From an uncultured Acidobacteriota bacterium (GTDB taxonomy: Bacteria; Acidobacteriota; UBA6911), in the NCBI GenBank assembly GCA_963827655.1, contig CAWHCF010000034.1:32001-96000 (forward strand): DNA of 64,000 bases, read 5' to 3'. Positions 42,043 to 52,237 of this stretch are shown piece after piece. The notes below the pieces were generated by a model that did no database searches, was not told where the DNA came from, and saw nothing but the letters and a program-made list of their open reading frames with translations. Both the position numbers and the translations under genes were made by a program. How positions within the stretch are numbered: the first letter of the stretch is position 1; each line of letters starts with the position of its first letter.

Positions 42043-42525
42043 ATGCAGATCAAGATCCTGTGGGTCGGGAAAACCAAAAATGCGGCTATCAAGTCTCTTT
42101 GGACCGAGTATCTGGAGCGGCTACGCCACCTTGTCTCCTGTGAGATTGTCGAGATCCGGGACCTGTCCAAGGTGCGCGGACTTCGAGGCGCGAGGCTGCG
42201 ATCGGCGGAAGGAGCTGTACTCGAAGAAGCCTTGAGCCCTAAGGGCCGGCTCGTGGTGTTAGACGCGAAGGGAAAGGAGTTTAGCTCTGAGGAATTTGCC
42301 CGCTGGTTTCAGAACCAGCAGATCCGGGGAGTGAGCGAAATCGACTTCGTTATAGGGGGCGCCGAAGGTATCTGTGAGGCTCTCTTGAGGCGTGCCCATC
42401 TGACATTTTCTTTGGGCAAGCTGACCTGGACCCACGAAATGGTTCGCGCGTTGCTCCTCGAGCAAATCTATCGGGCATTTTCTATTTTGCGAAATATCCC
42501 GTACCACCGGGGGGAAAGAGAATAA
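42043..42525 (+). CDS. rlmH: 23S rRNA pseudouridine1915 N3-methyltransferase
   Basis: FVIGGAEG, HEMVRALLLEQIYRA, PYH. Confidence 0.95.
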   Translation: MQIKILWVGKTKNAAIKSLWTEYLERLRHLVSCEIVEIRDLSKVRGLRGARLRSAEGAVLEEALSPKGRLVVLDAKGKEFSSEEFARWFQNQQIRGVSEIDFVIGGAEGICEALLRRAHLTFSLGKLTWTHEMVRALLLEQIYRAFSILRNIPYHRGERE

Positions 42526-42881
42526 TGGACACCAAGAGGTTAGATTATTTCAAAGATGTGTTGATGCGGAAGCAGCTTTCCCTGACCGACATGGTCCAGC
42601 GGACTGAGGGTTACGGTCGTGAGAAGGAACCCGATATTCAAGACATGGCCGACATGGCCGTGGAGTCCTACACCAAAGAGTTCATGTTCGGCAAGAGCTC
42701 CGGAGACCGGCATGTGCTCCAGCTCATCCGCGAGGCCCTGGACCGGATCGAAAATAAATCCTACGGAACGTGCGTGAATTGCGAGAATCCCATTCAGCCC
42801 AAGCGGCTTGAAGCTGTCCCCTGGACCCGCCACTGCATCCAGTGCCAGGGTTTGCTCGAAAAGGGTTTGCTGGAAAGCTGA
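42525..42881 (+). CDS. dksA: DksA/TraR C4 zinc-finger protein
   Basis: DMADMA coiled-coil tip, YGTCVNC, RLEAVPWTRHCIQC. Confidence 0.85.
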   Translation: MDTKRLDYFKDVLMRKQLSLTDMVQRTEGYGREKEPDIQDMADMAVESYTKEFMFGKSSGDRHVLQLIREALDRIENKSYGTCVNCENPIQPKRLEAVPWTRHCIQCQGLLEKGLLES

Positions 42882-42882
42882 C

Positions 42883-42963
42883 CGATTACGGATCGCGGAT
42901 TGCAGAGAGGCGTCAGTGTTCGGCAGGCATGATGCTCAATCGGAAATCCGCAATCTGCCATCG
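42883..42963. repeat. Inverted heptamer array
   Basis: CGATTACGGATCGCGGATTGCAG ... AATCGGAAATCCGCAATCTGCCATCG. Confidence 0.7.
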
Positions 42964-42972
42964 GGCAGGTTA

Positions 42973-43788
42973 ATGTTCCCGACACCTCGGGATTCACCCT
43001 ATTCCAATTTTCGCCAGATAAGGGATGCGGCTCTCAATCTCGTTTACCCTCAAGACTGCCTGGTCTGCAACGTTCCCGTGGCTCGTTACCAGGACCACGG
43101 CGTTTGCTGCCGGTGCTGGGAGAGAGTGCTGCAGTTGCGCCTGGTTCCGCCCTGGTGCCCATCGTGCGGAGTACCCGTGGGGACTGCGCCTTTAGAGCAA
43201 GGCGAAACAAACGCGGGACCGATGGCGGCCGCCCCGGCTTCTCTTTGCTTGAAATGCGCCCTCCAGCTGCCGCCTTACTCGGGCGCGCGCTCGTTTGGAT
43301 ACTACACCTCCGAATTGAGGCAACTCATCCAGGCATTCAAATTCAAAGGACGGCGAGATCTGGCCCGCCTTCTTGCTCCATTGATCGCCTCGACCTACCT
43401 CGAATCCTGGCCTGAGCGTGAAGCTGATGTGATAGTACCGGTACCGCTTCATTCAAAACGCAAAAGAGAGCGCAGCTACAATCAGGCGGCTTTGCTGGCA
43501 ACCATGGTTGCCCGTTTTCTGAGGCTCGGCTGCTGGGAGAAAATACTCGCCCGCGTGCGCCACACTGCGCCTCAGATCGGTCTCACAGATGCGGAGCGCT
43601 CCCGCAACGTGTGGAAGGCTTTCAAATGTACGCAGCCGGCTCTTGTGCGCCGAAAGCGGCTGCTTCTGATTGATGATGTGATGACCACAGGCGCAACCGT
43701 CGCCAGCGCCACCGAAGCGTTATTGGAGGCAGGGGCACTGCGGGTATCGGTGTTGACGATCGCGCGCGCCGTGCCGGGCGTCGAATGA
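42973..43788 (+). CDS. comF: ComF family protein (double zinc ribbon + PRTase)
   Basis: CxxC pairs, VPVPLH, LLIDDVMTTGAT. Confidence 0.92.
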   Translation: MFPTPRDSPYSNFRQIRDAALNLVYPQDCLVCNVPVARYQDHGVCCRCWERVLQLRLVPPWCPSCGVPVGTAPLEQGETNAGPMAAAPASLCLKCALQLPPYSGARSFGYYTSELRQLIQAFKFKGRRDLARLLAPLIASTYLESWPEREADVIVPVPLHSKRKRERSYNQAALLATMVARFLRLGCWEKILARVRHTAPQIGLTDAERSRNVWKAFKCTQPALVRRKRLLLIDDVMTTGATVASATEALLEAGALRVSVLTIARAVPGVE

Positions 43789-43826
43789 TCGAGCTTCTTG
43801 GCGGTTAGTTCCTGTTCCGACGGGAA

Positions 43827-44223
43827 TTACTTCGGCTGGCGGGAACTCCGACTCTTGCGCCGGCTATCCCACTCGCTGATGATTTTTTCGAATTGAGCCT
43901 TCTGATCTTCGCGGAGGATCTGCCGAATTTCCTGGTTGGTCTCGTTGCGGATAACTTGGTATTGAGGGCGGAACTGCACGGACAAGGCGTGGTAGCGGTC
44001 GCGACTCTGGCTGATGATCACCTGAAGCTTTTCCTTCTGCTGCGGATCGAGATTGAGCCCCATGTGCGAGATCATCGACGATTTTTTGAGATCCCTTCAC
44101 CCGGGATTTCGCGCTCGCAGCCTCGACGTGACTCTTGTACAGAGAGTGAGAAACAGCGCCGGTAACGGCGCCCAGCACGAATACTCCAAGGAGTAAGATT
44201 CCTGCGCCGGTTCTTGATTTCAT
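43827..44223 (-). CDS. Spy/CpxP-like periplasmic accessory protein (frameshift ~44075)
   Basis: N-terminal TM (LLLGVFVLGAVTG); LNLDPQQKEKL...ILREDQKAQF. Confidence 0.7.
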
Positions 44224-44244
44224 GCACCTGCTCCTGGGGCGTGG

Positions 44245-44757
44245 CTAATTCTGCGGTCGATCCCCCGATTCAACTCCGAGAGTCTGGGGCGACTCCTCTT
44301 CGGCAATTGAGCGAAGGACGGCCTCTTCTGTGATGTCATCATCCTGCTCGGCGATCACCATTCGGACGGGCCGGTCACCTGGCATGAAGATCATGTCGTA
44401 GGCCTGATACACGTCCACATCGGTGGTTCCGAGCTGCGAATAGGCGAACACGGAGACGAGCACAAGTGTAACAACCGCAAGAGCCGGTACCAACTGCCGC
44501 GAAAGACCCAGAACGACCTGCCAAATAGTGATGCTTTGTGACTCTGCTAGCTGCGCGCGAAGCCTCTGGTAGAAGAATGGCGAAGGCTCAAAGGCCGGAA
44601 GTGCCCGGCCGATTCGGCGGGGAAGCAGGAGGAGCTTCATCTGCCGGGCACAAGAAGGGCACTCGGCAAGATGAATTTGAAGCTGCTCGCTTTCCCGAAC
44701 ATTCAGCTCCTGATCCAGGCTACGGAAGATCGAGGTTCCTGCTGCGGCGCAGTCCAT
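44245..44757 (-). CDS. ZAS (zf-HC2) anti-sigma factor
   Basis: MDC...HLAECPSC (HxxxCxxC), one TM. Confidence 0.85.
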   Translation of the reverse strand: MDCAAAGTSIFRSLDQELNVRESEQLQIHLAECPSCARQMKLLLLPRRIGRALPAFEPSPFFYQRLRAQLAESQSITIWQVVLGLSRQLVPALAVVTLVLVSVFAYSQLGTTDVDVYQAYDMIFMPGDRPVRMVIAEQDDDITEEAVLRSIAEEESPQTLGVESGDRPQN

Positions 44758-45037
44758 CGGTAAACCTCTAGGCTAAAACAGCAGTGGTGATCTCAAGATC
44801 GGTGCTCTGGGCCAAGGACCTTCGAGATTCTCGGCCTCACCGCTCCTTTTCCCCACAGTGCTTAATTACGTTCGGTATGAAGCGCTTATTTCGTTTTTAT
44901 GAGAACCCGATTCAAGCTTTTGGATCCTTCGTAATGACAGCATCTTAGCATAGCCATTCCACAAGTCCAAGGAATTACTCGGTCGTTTGCTTCCCATTCA
45001 GACGCTGCGTCAAGTGCGCGTTTTCGTATCAAAGAAC

Positions 45038-46066
45038 TTACAGGATAAGCATGCAGTCCCCGTAGCTGAAGAACCGGTAGCGGCGGGATACGGCTTCCCG
45101 GTAGCACTCCATCATGAACTCCCGTCCGCCGAAAGCACAAACCAGCATCAGCAGAGTAGATCTCGGAAGGTGAAAATTGGTTAGCAAGCCATCGATGGCG
45201 CGGAACTGGAAGCCGGGGTATATGAATAGATCGCACCAGCCTGAGGATTCCTGAATCCCGTGTGGTTCCTGGCGGGCCAGGTACTCCAGGGTCCTGGTCG
45301 TGGTGGTCCCGACCGCGATGAGACGGCTTCCCTGGTTCTTGCGATTTCGAATGAAGGCGGCCGACTCCTCGGACACTTCAAAGTACTCGGCCTCGATGCG
45401 GTGGTCTTCGATCTCGTCGCAGCGCACCGGCTGAAAGGTTCCATAACCTACGTGGAGAAGAATCTCGCATTGCGGCACGCCGCTCTCATCCAGACGTTGT
45501 AGCACCTCCCGGGTAAAATGAAGACCCGCAGTCGGAGCGGCGATCGAGCCCTGATGCGAGGCGAAAACGGTCTGGTAGCGCTCACGATCCTGGGATAAGT
45601 CTTTTCTGCGGATGTAGGCCGGCACTGGGGGCTCGCCGATCTTATCCACGACCGTCAGGAGATTCTCGGGAGGATCAAATTGAAGCAGACGGCGCCCGTC
45701 TTCTCGCACCCCGACCACTTCCGCCTGGAGGCCCCCCAGTTCCAATAGCTGTCCTCGGGCGGCCTTACGCGCCGGCTTGATAAGAGCCACCCACAGCCCG
45801 GGCCCCTCCTCGCGCGTCAGGAGAATCTCAATTCTCTCTTCCTTGCCTGGTCTCCGGGCCCAGATCCTCGCGGGGAAGACCCTTGTGTTATTCACGACGA
45901 GAAATGACGGTGGCGTCAGCAGGTCTGGGAGCTCGCGAAAAAACCGGTGCTCCCACCGGAGTCCTTCACGCCGGACAACCATCATCCGGGACTGGTCGCG
46001 TGAAGGAAGCGGCAGCTGAGCGATCAATTCCTCCGGGAGTGAATAATCGAAGTCGCGAAGCTTCAC
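45038..46066 (-). CDS. queA: S-adenosylmethionine:tRNA ribosyltransferase-isomerase
   Basis: FDYSLPEELIAQ, YQTVF, AAPTAGLHF, TNFHLPRSTL, YRFFSYGD. Confidence 0.97.
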   Translation of the reverse strand: MKLRDFDYSLPEELIAQLPLPSRDQSRMMVVRREGLRWEHRFFRELPDLLTPPSFLVVNNTRVFPARIWARRPGKEERIEILLTREEGPGLWVALIKPARKAARGQLLELGGLQAEVVGVREDGRRLLQFDPPENLLTVVDKIGEPPVPAYIRRKDLSQDRERYQTVFASHQGSIAAPTAGLHFTREVLQRLDESGVPQCEILLHVGYGTFQPVRCDEIEDHRIEAEYFEVSEESAAFIRNRKNQGSRLIAVGTTTTRTLEYLARQEPHGIQESSGWCDLFIYPGFQFRAIDGLLTNFHLPRSTLLMLVCAFGGREFMMECYREAVSRRYRFFSYGDCMLIL

Positions 46067-46118
46067 CGTTTGAACTTAGGACCAGGTTTTCCGTTTACTA
46101 CGCAGCCTGGCACCCCTC

Positions 46119-46269
46119 GGGATCGCGCTCCTTCGGGCTGCGGCCCGCAGGCCCGCTGGCTTTGTTTGCTCGCTCTTCACGACGGCACCTGGCTACGCAT
46201 CGTCGCTCGCGCCTCGCGAGCGGGCCTGGAGCCTGCAGCAGAATGCGAACTTATTTCTGCGCGAACCCT
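46119..46269 (-). mobile_element. MITE copy A (partial, inverted; keeps left TIR)
   Basis: Reverse complement of ~48389-48535; TIR abuts the yihY TAA stop. Confidence 0.8.
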
Positions 46270-47189
46270 TAGCGCGGCCAGGAAAAGGGACGGATTCCGG
46301 AACTGGAGCTGTTCTGGACTGAATCGACCTCGAGGGGTGACTCAGGCTCCAACCAGGGCCTGTGAAGCTGAGCGGAGAAATTGGCGCCAAACAGCATGAT
46401 AAAGCTCGATGTGTAGACCCAGGCCAGAATCGTAATGACGGCTCCCATCGTGCCATACACCCTTTCATAATCAAAGAAAGGGACTAGCTTGACGAAAACT
46501 GTGCTGCTGACTTCCCACAGAGAAGACGCCACGATGGCGCCCGAGAAGGCTTCACGCCACCTGATTTCCCGGTCCGGCATCAACTTGTACACCAGGAGAA
46601 ACACCAGCGTGGCAATGAGGAATCCGGCGCTCAGAATGAGCGTTGACCAGATCGAATTGATAATCTCATCCCGCGCGAACTCCGGCACCCGTGCAGCGGC
46701 CCTGGAACGGACGGCGCTCACCGACCACGTAATTCCGGTGGCTGCCAGGAGGAGAATTCCGCCGAGGACAAGAAGGGCGATGCCCAGGAGCCGGCTTTCC
46801 CAGAAGGTTCTTCTCCTGCGCACCGCCCAGGCCATGTTCATAGCGTTCTCGACGAACATGAATACCCAGTTGGAAGACCAGAGAAGAACTACCAGGCAGG
46901 AAACAACCAGAGCGGCAGACGGGTCGGTAAGCTCCGAAAGGTTACCTTCCAGAAAAGCCCGGGAAGCCGGGAAAAGGTCGACGATTCGCCCCAGGACCGT
47001 ATCGTGCAAGTCGAGCCATCCGAGCAGAGCATCTACCAGGGCTACCATGACCAGGGTGGCCGGGAAGATTCCGAAGAGACTGAAATACGAAATTGCAGCG
47101 GCTGTGCCTGGGATTTCGTAGTGAAGCATTGCCCGGGAAGCTCCAGCCAGCGCCACAGCCACTCGTCTGATCCGAGACGGCTTCCTCAT
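46269..47189 (-). CDS. YihY/BrkB family membrane protein
   Basis: AAAISYF, MNMAW, VYKLMP, VYGTMGAV...WVY; six TMs. Confidence 0.9.
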   Translation of the reverse strand: MRKPSRIRRVAVALAGASRAMLHYEIPGTAAAISYFSLFGIFPATLVMVALVDALLGWLDLHDTVLGRIVDLFPASRAFLEGNLSELTDPSAALVVSCLVVLLWSSNWVFMFVENAMNMAWAVRRRRTFWESRLLGIALLVLGGILLLAATGITWSVSAVRSRAAARVPEFARDEIINSIWSTLILSAGFLIATLVFLLVYKLMPDREIRWREAFSGAIVASSLWEVSSTVFVKLVPFFDYERVYGTMGAVITILAWVYTSSFIMLFGANFSAQLHRPWLEPESPLEVDSVQNSSSSGIRPFSWPR

Positions 47190-47236
47190 AATCCTGGTTT
47201 CGGTGACATGCAGGGACTTTGCTTTCCAAGAAATAC

Positions 47237-47422
47237 GCCCCCAGGCCGCTGGCGAGGCGCGAGCGACGATGCGTACCCGGTGCGGTACGTGAGGAGCGAG
47301 CAAAGCCAGCGGGGCTGCGGGCCGCAGCCCGAAGGGGCGCGATCCTCAGCGTGCTTATACAACGGTTCATGATTGACCACCGACTCTCGCGCCAGAATGT
47401 GAAGTTATTTCTGCGCGAGCCT
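47237..47422 (+). mobile_element. MITE copy B (left TIR eroded, right TIR intact)
   Basis: Near-identical to 48426-48620; ends GCGCGAGCCT followed by AG. Confidence 0.8.
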
Positions 47423-47542
47423 AGATCCTCTCTCGGCGAATGCTGACAGACAAGCCCGAGCTTAGCTATTATCCGCCGTTACAGTAGCCGATAGCGGGTT
47501 CCCGAGGTTAGGGGAAAGCGAGTCTGTCACCCAATTCCCGCT

Positions 47543-47571
47543 TTGACTTATCGCCGGCTGCGGCCTAATAT
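47543..47571 (+). promoter_or_regulatory. Sigma70-type promoter TTGACT-17-TAATAT
   Basis: Consensus-like boxes upstream of the C26 hydrolase gene. Confidence 0.55.
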
Positions 47572-47636
47572 AACCACTCCTCGATAGTCGGTCGTGCGGA
47601 GCGCAACCAGAGTTGTCACCCCAGCCCAAATCGGAA

Positions 47637-48371
47637 ATGCCTTTCCCTGGTGACGTTGCCCCCCTGATTGGATTGCCGTCCAGAATGGATCCAGGGACCG
47701 ACACCCAGTACCTCAGCCGCCACTATGCCGATGCCATCCTGGATGCAGGCGGCATCCCGGTCATTATACCTCTACTGGAAAAGCCCGGTGCCCTCCGAAG
47801 CCTGGCCGAGACTCTGGACGGTATCTTGCTCACCGGGAGCAGCAGCGACGTCGATCCTCAGGAGTACGGCGCGGAGCGCGAGCCGGCGTGCGGTCCGGTG
47901 CAACCATTGCGCGACGCCACCGACTTCCAGCTCCTGGATATCGCTCTGAACCGGAAGAAACCCGTTCTCGGGATCTGCTTCGGCATGCAGTCAGTAAATG
48001 TTTTTTTGGGTGGGACCTTGATTCAAGACATCGACACGCGAATCGGAAACACTATCGTTCATGACAATCCGAGTACGGAGGGACGTCCGGCCCATGGCAT
48101 CGAGATTCGGCAGGGATCGGTTCTGGAAGAGCTTGTTCCCGGGGTCAAGGCGGAAGTGAACAGCACGCATCACCAGGCCATCGATCGTGTAGCGCCTGGT
48201 CTGGAAGTCATCGCCAGAGCACCCGACGGAGTCGTCGAGTCAGTAATCAGCCGAGGCTCCGACCCGTGGATCCTGGGCGTCCAATGGCACCCTGAGAAAA
48301 GCTTCCGCTACGACAGGTTGTCGAAAAAAATTTTCGAGCTGTTTCTGTCGCGATGCCGCACGCCGCTTTAG
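47637..48371 (+). CDS. Gamma-glutamyl-gamma-aminobutyrate hydrolase family (peptidase C26, PuuD-like)
   Basis: GILLTGS, LGICFGMQ (Cys), NSTHHQA, VQWHPE. Confidence 0.92.
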   Translation: MPFPGDVAPLIGLPSRMDPGTDTQYLSRHYADAILDAGGIPVIIPLLEKPGALRSLAETLDGILLTGSSSDVDPQEYGAEREPACGPVQPLRDATDFQLLDIALNRKKPVLGICFGMQSVNVFLGGTLIQDIDTRIGNTIVHDNPSTEGRPAHGIEIRQGSVLEELVPGVKAEVNSTHHQAIDRVAPGLEVIARAPDGVVESVISRGSDPWILGVQWHPEKSFRYDRLSKKIFELFLSRCRTPL

Positions 48372-48388
48372 CTCGGCGTCAAGGTGTC

Positions 48389-48620
48389 AGGGTTCGCGCA
48401 GAAATAAGTTCGCATTCTGCTGCAGGCCCCAGGCCGCTGGCGAGGCGCGAGCGACGATGCGTACCCGTGCGGTACGTGAGGAGCGAGCAACAAAGCCAGC
48501 GGGCCTGCGGGCCGCAGCCCGAAGGGGCGCGATCCTCAGCCTGCTTAGCGAACAGAAACCGGTTCATGATTGACTACCGACTCTCGCGCCAGAATGTGAA
48601 GTTATTTCTGCGCGAGCCCT
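48389..48620 (+). mobile_element. Complete 232-bp MITE copy C with 31-bp imperfect TIRs
   Basis: AGGGTTCGCGCAGAAATAAGTTCGCATTCTG ... CAGAATGTGAAGTTATTTCTGCGCGAGCCCT (28/31 complementary). Confidence 0.88.
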
Positions 48621-48677
48621 AAGACGCGAAGAACGGCTGAATCGCATTCAAAAGGAGCAGCATTGCCGACCCATTCC

Positions 48678-49229
48678 ATGAAAGATCATGTGCGCAAAAT
48701 CCTGGTTGAAATCGGAGAGGATCCTGATCGCGAGGGCTTGAAAGGAACGCCCTACCGGGTCGATCAGGCGTTGAGATACCTGACCAAGGGCTATTCTCAA
48801 GATGTCGATAAGATTCTGAACAACGCTCTCTTCAACGTGAAGTACGACGAAATGGTCATCGTGACCGACATCGATTTTTTCAGCCTGTGTGAGCATCACC
48901 TGCTCCCGTTTTTCGGTAAATGCCACGTGGCCTATCTCCCGGACAAGAAGGTGATCGGGTTGAGCAAGATTCCGCGCCTGGTTGAGCTCTTTAGCCGGAG
49001 GCTTCAAGTTCAGGAGCGGTTGACCTATCAGATTGCCGAGACCATAAGCAAGAAGATTGCCCCCCTGGGGGTGGGGGTGGTCATCGAGGCCCAGCACATG
49101 TGCATGATAATGCGCGGTGTGGAGAAGCAGAATTCCCGGGCCATCACGAGCGCCATGCTCGGCGTATTCCAGACCCAGGAGACCCGTATCGAATTCCTGG
49201 ATCTGATTCTCAGAGGCAGGACGCGATAG
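48678..49229 (+). CDS. folE: GTP cyclohydrolase I
   Basis: [34 protein letters not shown]. Confidence 0.97.
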   Translation: MKDHVRKILVEIGEDPDREGLKGTPYRVDQALRYLTKGYSQDVDKILNNALFNVKYDEMVIVTDIDFFSLCEHHLLPFFGKCHVAYLPDKKVIGLSKIPRLVELFSRRLQVQERLTYQIAETISKKIAPLGVGVVIEAQHMCMIMRGVEKQNSRAITSAMLGVFQTQETRIEFLDLILRGRTR

Positions 49230-49296
49230 AATTCCTGGTGTTTCTTCGTGTCTTTGGGTCCTGGTGGTATTTGTTTCGGTGCGGGAAGCGGGTAAG

Positions 49297-50925
49297 CTAG
49301 CGTATCCGTATTCGAAATGGCATCCAGAGTAACACGGCTGCTCTGCCAATCCATTCCAATGCTCCAAGCAACTCGACACCCGGATGGGGTGCCGCGAAAA
49401 GTCGCAAACCAGCCGTGATGTCGGGCGCAATTAACTCTCGGAGCCGCCGACGCCGGTGGTAGTGTACGAGCCTCGTTTTTTGGGTTTCGGGTATGCCGGC
49501 TCGCCGGCGGGCTTCCTCAATCGCTTCCCTTAACCCGGCGGTCATATCCACCAAACCGTTATCCCGGGCGCGCACGCCGCTCCAGATGCGGCCTCGACCA
49601 ACCTGGTCCGCCGCATCGTCCGACATTCTTCGGCCATCGGCCACCTTCTTCAGGAAATCCTGCCGATAGAATTCTTCCAGCTGTCTGGCGAGTCGGTCGG
49701 ACTCGCCTTGAGAAAATGACGATAACGGCGACCCGTATTCCGCGTGGTCTCCACGGCGCAGCGACGTGTGGTGAACACCCAGGCGTTCAATCAACTTCTT
49801 GGCGACGAACTTACCTCCCATGACCCCTATCGACCCGGTGATTGAAGTAGGCTCGGCGACGATGCTCGAGGCTGCGGCAGCGATGTAATAAGCGCCCGAA
49901 GCGGCGACGTCCCCGAAGCTTGCCACCACGGGTTTTTTCTTCTGGAGAAGAGAAACCTTCCTCCAGATTACATCGGACGCGATGCCGGTCCCGCCGGGCG
50001 AGTCTATTCGCAGAACGACGGCGCGGATCCGCCGCGACTTGTTGGCGTGATCCAGGAACCCGCCGATGGTATCCGATCCTGAGATGGCGCGGCCATCCGC
50101 CCCCCGGCGACTCTCGCCCGACGATAAGTTGCCGATTACATGTACCAACGCAACGCGGGGACGCCGGAAGGTGATGAGTCGTCGAATGAAACCTTCACCC
50201 ACAGAAAGTTTACTGGCGGGAATCGCCCGCAGCGCGCAGCCGAATTTTTCTTCGAGCTTCTCTTTGATTTCGTCCTCGTAACCGAGGCCATCCACCAGCC
50301 GTTGTTCGTAGGCCTCCCTTGCGGTGTAGGGACCCTGGTTGATTTTGGCCATGATTTCTTCGCGCGGCAGGCCGCGCCCCTCGCCCAGGAGCCGGCAAAA
50401 CTCTTCGAACAGGTCATCCAGCAGAACATTCCACTGCTCGCGCGACTGTGGCGACATTTCATTGCGGGTAAAGGTCTCGCCCGCCGACTTGTACTCTCCC
50501 ACTGACTGAAGACTTGGTTCGATCCCGAGACGGTCCAGGACATCGCGAAAAAAGAAAACCTCGGCTTTCAGCCCGACAAGATGGAGACTGGAAGCCGGCG
50601 GGATAAAGATTTGATCGCACGCGCTGGCCAAGAAGTATTCCGCGTTGCCGCCACTCTCCATGAAACAATAGATCGGCTTCCCGCTGCGTCGAAACTGGAC
50701 CAGCGAACGGCGAAGGGCGCTCAAGCGGCCCCAGCCAATGACCAGGTCGTCCAGAGTCAACTCCATGGCGACAATCTTGCGGTTCCGCGCGGCCTTTTCG
50801 ATAGCTGCGAGGACGTCTTCCAGCGCCGTCTTCTCGCGGCGTGAGAACAGGGTGTAATCGGGCCGACCCTCAATGATTTCTTCCTTCAGGAGCAGCTGAA
50901 GGTACCGTGGTTTAGGTTTTCTCAT
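49297..50925 (-). CDS. sppA: Signal peptide peptidase SppA (two S49 domains)
   Basis: GEYKSAGE (Lys), LRIDSPGG, AASGAYY (Ser), TGSIGV. Confidence 0.92.
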   Translation of the reverse strand: MRKPKPRYLQLLLKEEIIEGRPDYTLFSRREKTALEDVLAAIEKAARNRKIVAMELTLDDLVIGWGRLSALRRSLVQFRRSGKPIYCFMESGGNAEYFLASACDQIFIPPASSLHLVGLKAEVFFFRDVLDRLGIEPSLQSVGEYKSAGETFTRNEMSPQSREQWNVLLDDLFEEFCRLLGEGRGLPREEIMAKINQGPYTAREAYEQRLVDGLGYEDEIKEKLEEKFGCALRAIPASKLSVGEGFIRRLITFRRPRVALVHVIGNLSSGESRRGADGRAISGSDTIGGFLDHANKSRRIRAVVLRIDSPGGTGIASDVIWRKVSLLQKKKPVVASFGDVAASGAYYIAAAASSIVAEPTSITGSIGVMGGKFVAKKLIERLGVHHTSLRRGDHAEYGSPLSSFSQGESDRLARQLEEFYRQDFLKKVADGRRMSDDAADQVGRGRIWSGVRARDNGLVDMTAGLREAIEEARRRAGIPETQKTRLVHYHRRRRLRELIAPDITAGLRLFAAPHPGVELLGALEWIGRAAVLLWMPFRIRIR

Positions 50926-52237
50926 ACAATCTCCGTTCCAGCCAGGATGACAGTATGGGCCCCTTCCGCCGTATTTCCCACGCCATCAGAGCGTACATAG
51001 GAAGATACTCGACCAGCAACACCCAGGGCGGCTCGTACACGGGATGATAGGCATAGGCCAGGTACGACAGAAAAACCGCGCCGGTCCAGTAGATCATGAA
51101 TCCATAGGGAAGTATCGGCAGCGCCAACGCCGCCCAGGAGAGGTACCAGGGGTGCACAGTGGTCGACAGGCAAAGGTCGGCGATCATTAGCCAGAAACCC
51201 GCATGCAGCAGATCGCGCTCGCTTCGAACAGGAAATTTCCACCAGATCACAGCGCAGATCAAGACCAGGATGACAGCGAGAAAAGGGCCGGTAAACTTGT
51301 CCCACGCCTGCTGGAACACCTCGCGACCGATAAACCGGAGCAGATAGTGGACACTGGCATTGAACTCGAAGAGCCGGTAATAAAGTGAGAGCGACCGAAT
51401 GTAGCGCAGGCCCGAGGAGGGTGTGTAGTAGATCCAAACGAGGACGGCGCCGGCTGCGATACCGGCGAGCGCCGCCTTCCAGCCGGTTCGGCGCAGGTAG
51501 AACGGAAACCACAGCGCCGGGTGCAGTTTCACGAGCGTGGCCGCCGCATAAGAGACCATCGCCGTGATTTTCCTGGAGTGATGAAGAAGAAGAATCGAAA
51601 GGAGCATGAAGAACATCATCGCGCTGTCCGAGTGGCCGGAGTGCGAAAACTCGAAGATGAAAAACGGATTCCAGGCGAGAAGGTACAGCGGCTGCATCGG
51701 CCGACCGAGAGCTTTGATGAGCCTCCAGGCCAGTATCACAACTCCGAATTCAAAGGCGCTGAAAACAGCCTTCATGGCAAGAAAACTGTTGCCGAAGACT
51801 TCATACGAAAACCGGAAAAGGATTTGTGAAAGGGGAGGATAGGCCGTCAGGTACTGTTTCGAATTCAGGAACGGATAAATGCTCGAATCGCGAAGCGCCT
51901 GCAGCTCGGGGGCGTCCGGGGTGAACCGGAACGGATCGTACCCCATCGCCGAAACTCTCGCGTCCCACATATACCGGTACACATCTTCGCTCTGGTAGGG
52001 CGGGGCCGGTAAGACCGTGAGACGAAAGAGAAATGCGAATGCCAGGATTGAAATGAGCCCGGGAGTGTTCCTTATGGGTAGCCGGAAAAAGGCCCAGAGG
52101 CAGAGTGCGAACTCGGCCAGCATCAAGCAGACAAAAGCGACGGCATGCTCACGAAGCGGCCCCAGGCCGAGGGCCGCGACCCAGAGCAACTCGACCGTGG
52201 TTCCCAGCATGAAGATTGGTGCTAACTGCTTGAGCAT
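50912..52237 (-). CDS. GT-C fold membrane glycosyltransferase (GT87-like)
   Basis: SEDVYRYMWD, YPPLSQ, AWNP, GHSD, HPWY; many TMs. Confidence 0.8.
   Translation of the reverse strand: MLKQLAPIFMLGTTVELLWVAALGLGPLREHAVAFVCLMLAEFALCLWAFFRLPIRNTPGLISILAFAFLFRLTVLPAPPYQSEDVYRYMWDARVSAMGYDPFRFTPDAPELQALRDSSIYPFLNSKQYLTAYPPLSQILFRFSYEVFGNSFLAMKAVFSAFEFGVVILAWRLIKALGRPMQPLYLLAWNPFFIFEFSHSGHSDSAMMFFMLLSILLLHHSRKITAMVSYAAATLVKLHPALWFPFYLRRTGWKAALAGIAAGAVLVWIYYTPSSGLRYIRSLSLYYRLFEFNASVHYLLRFIGREVFQQAWDKFTGPFLAVILVLICAVIWWKFPVRSERDLLHAGFWLMIADLCLSTTVHPWYLSWAALALPILPYGFMIYWTGAVFLSYLAYAYHPVYEPPWVLLVEYLPMYALMAWEIRRKGPILSSWLERRLYEKT

Noticed and set aside
46070-48622. Short ORFs with RAPSGCGPQARWLC (46070, 47186, 47219, 48353, 48379)
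   Set aside because: Translations of the MITE sequence
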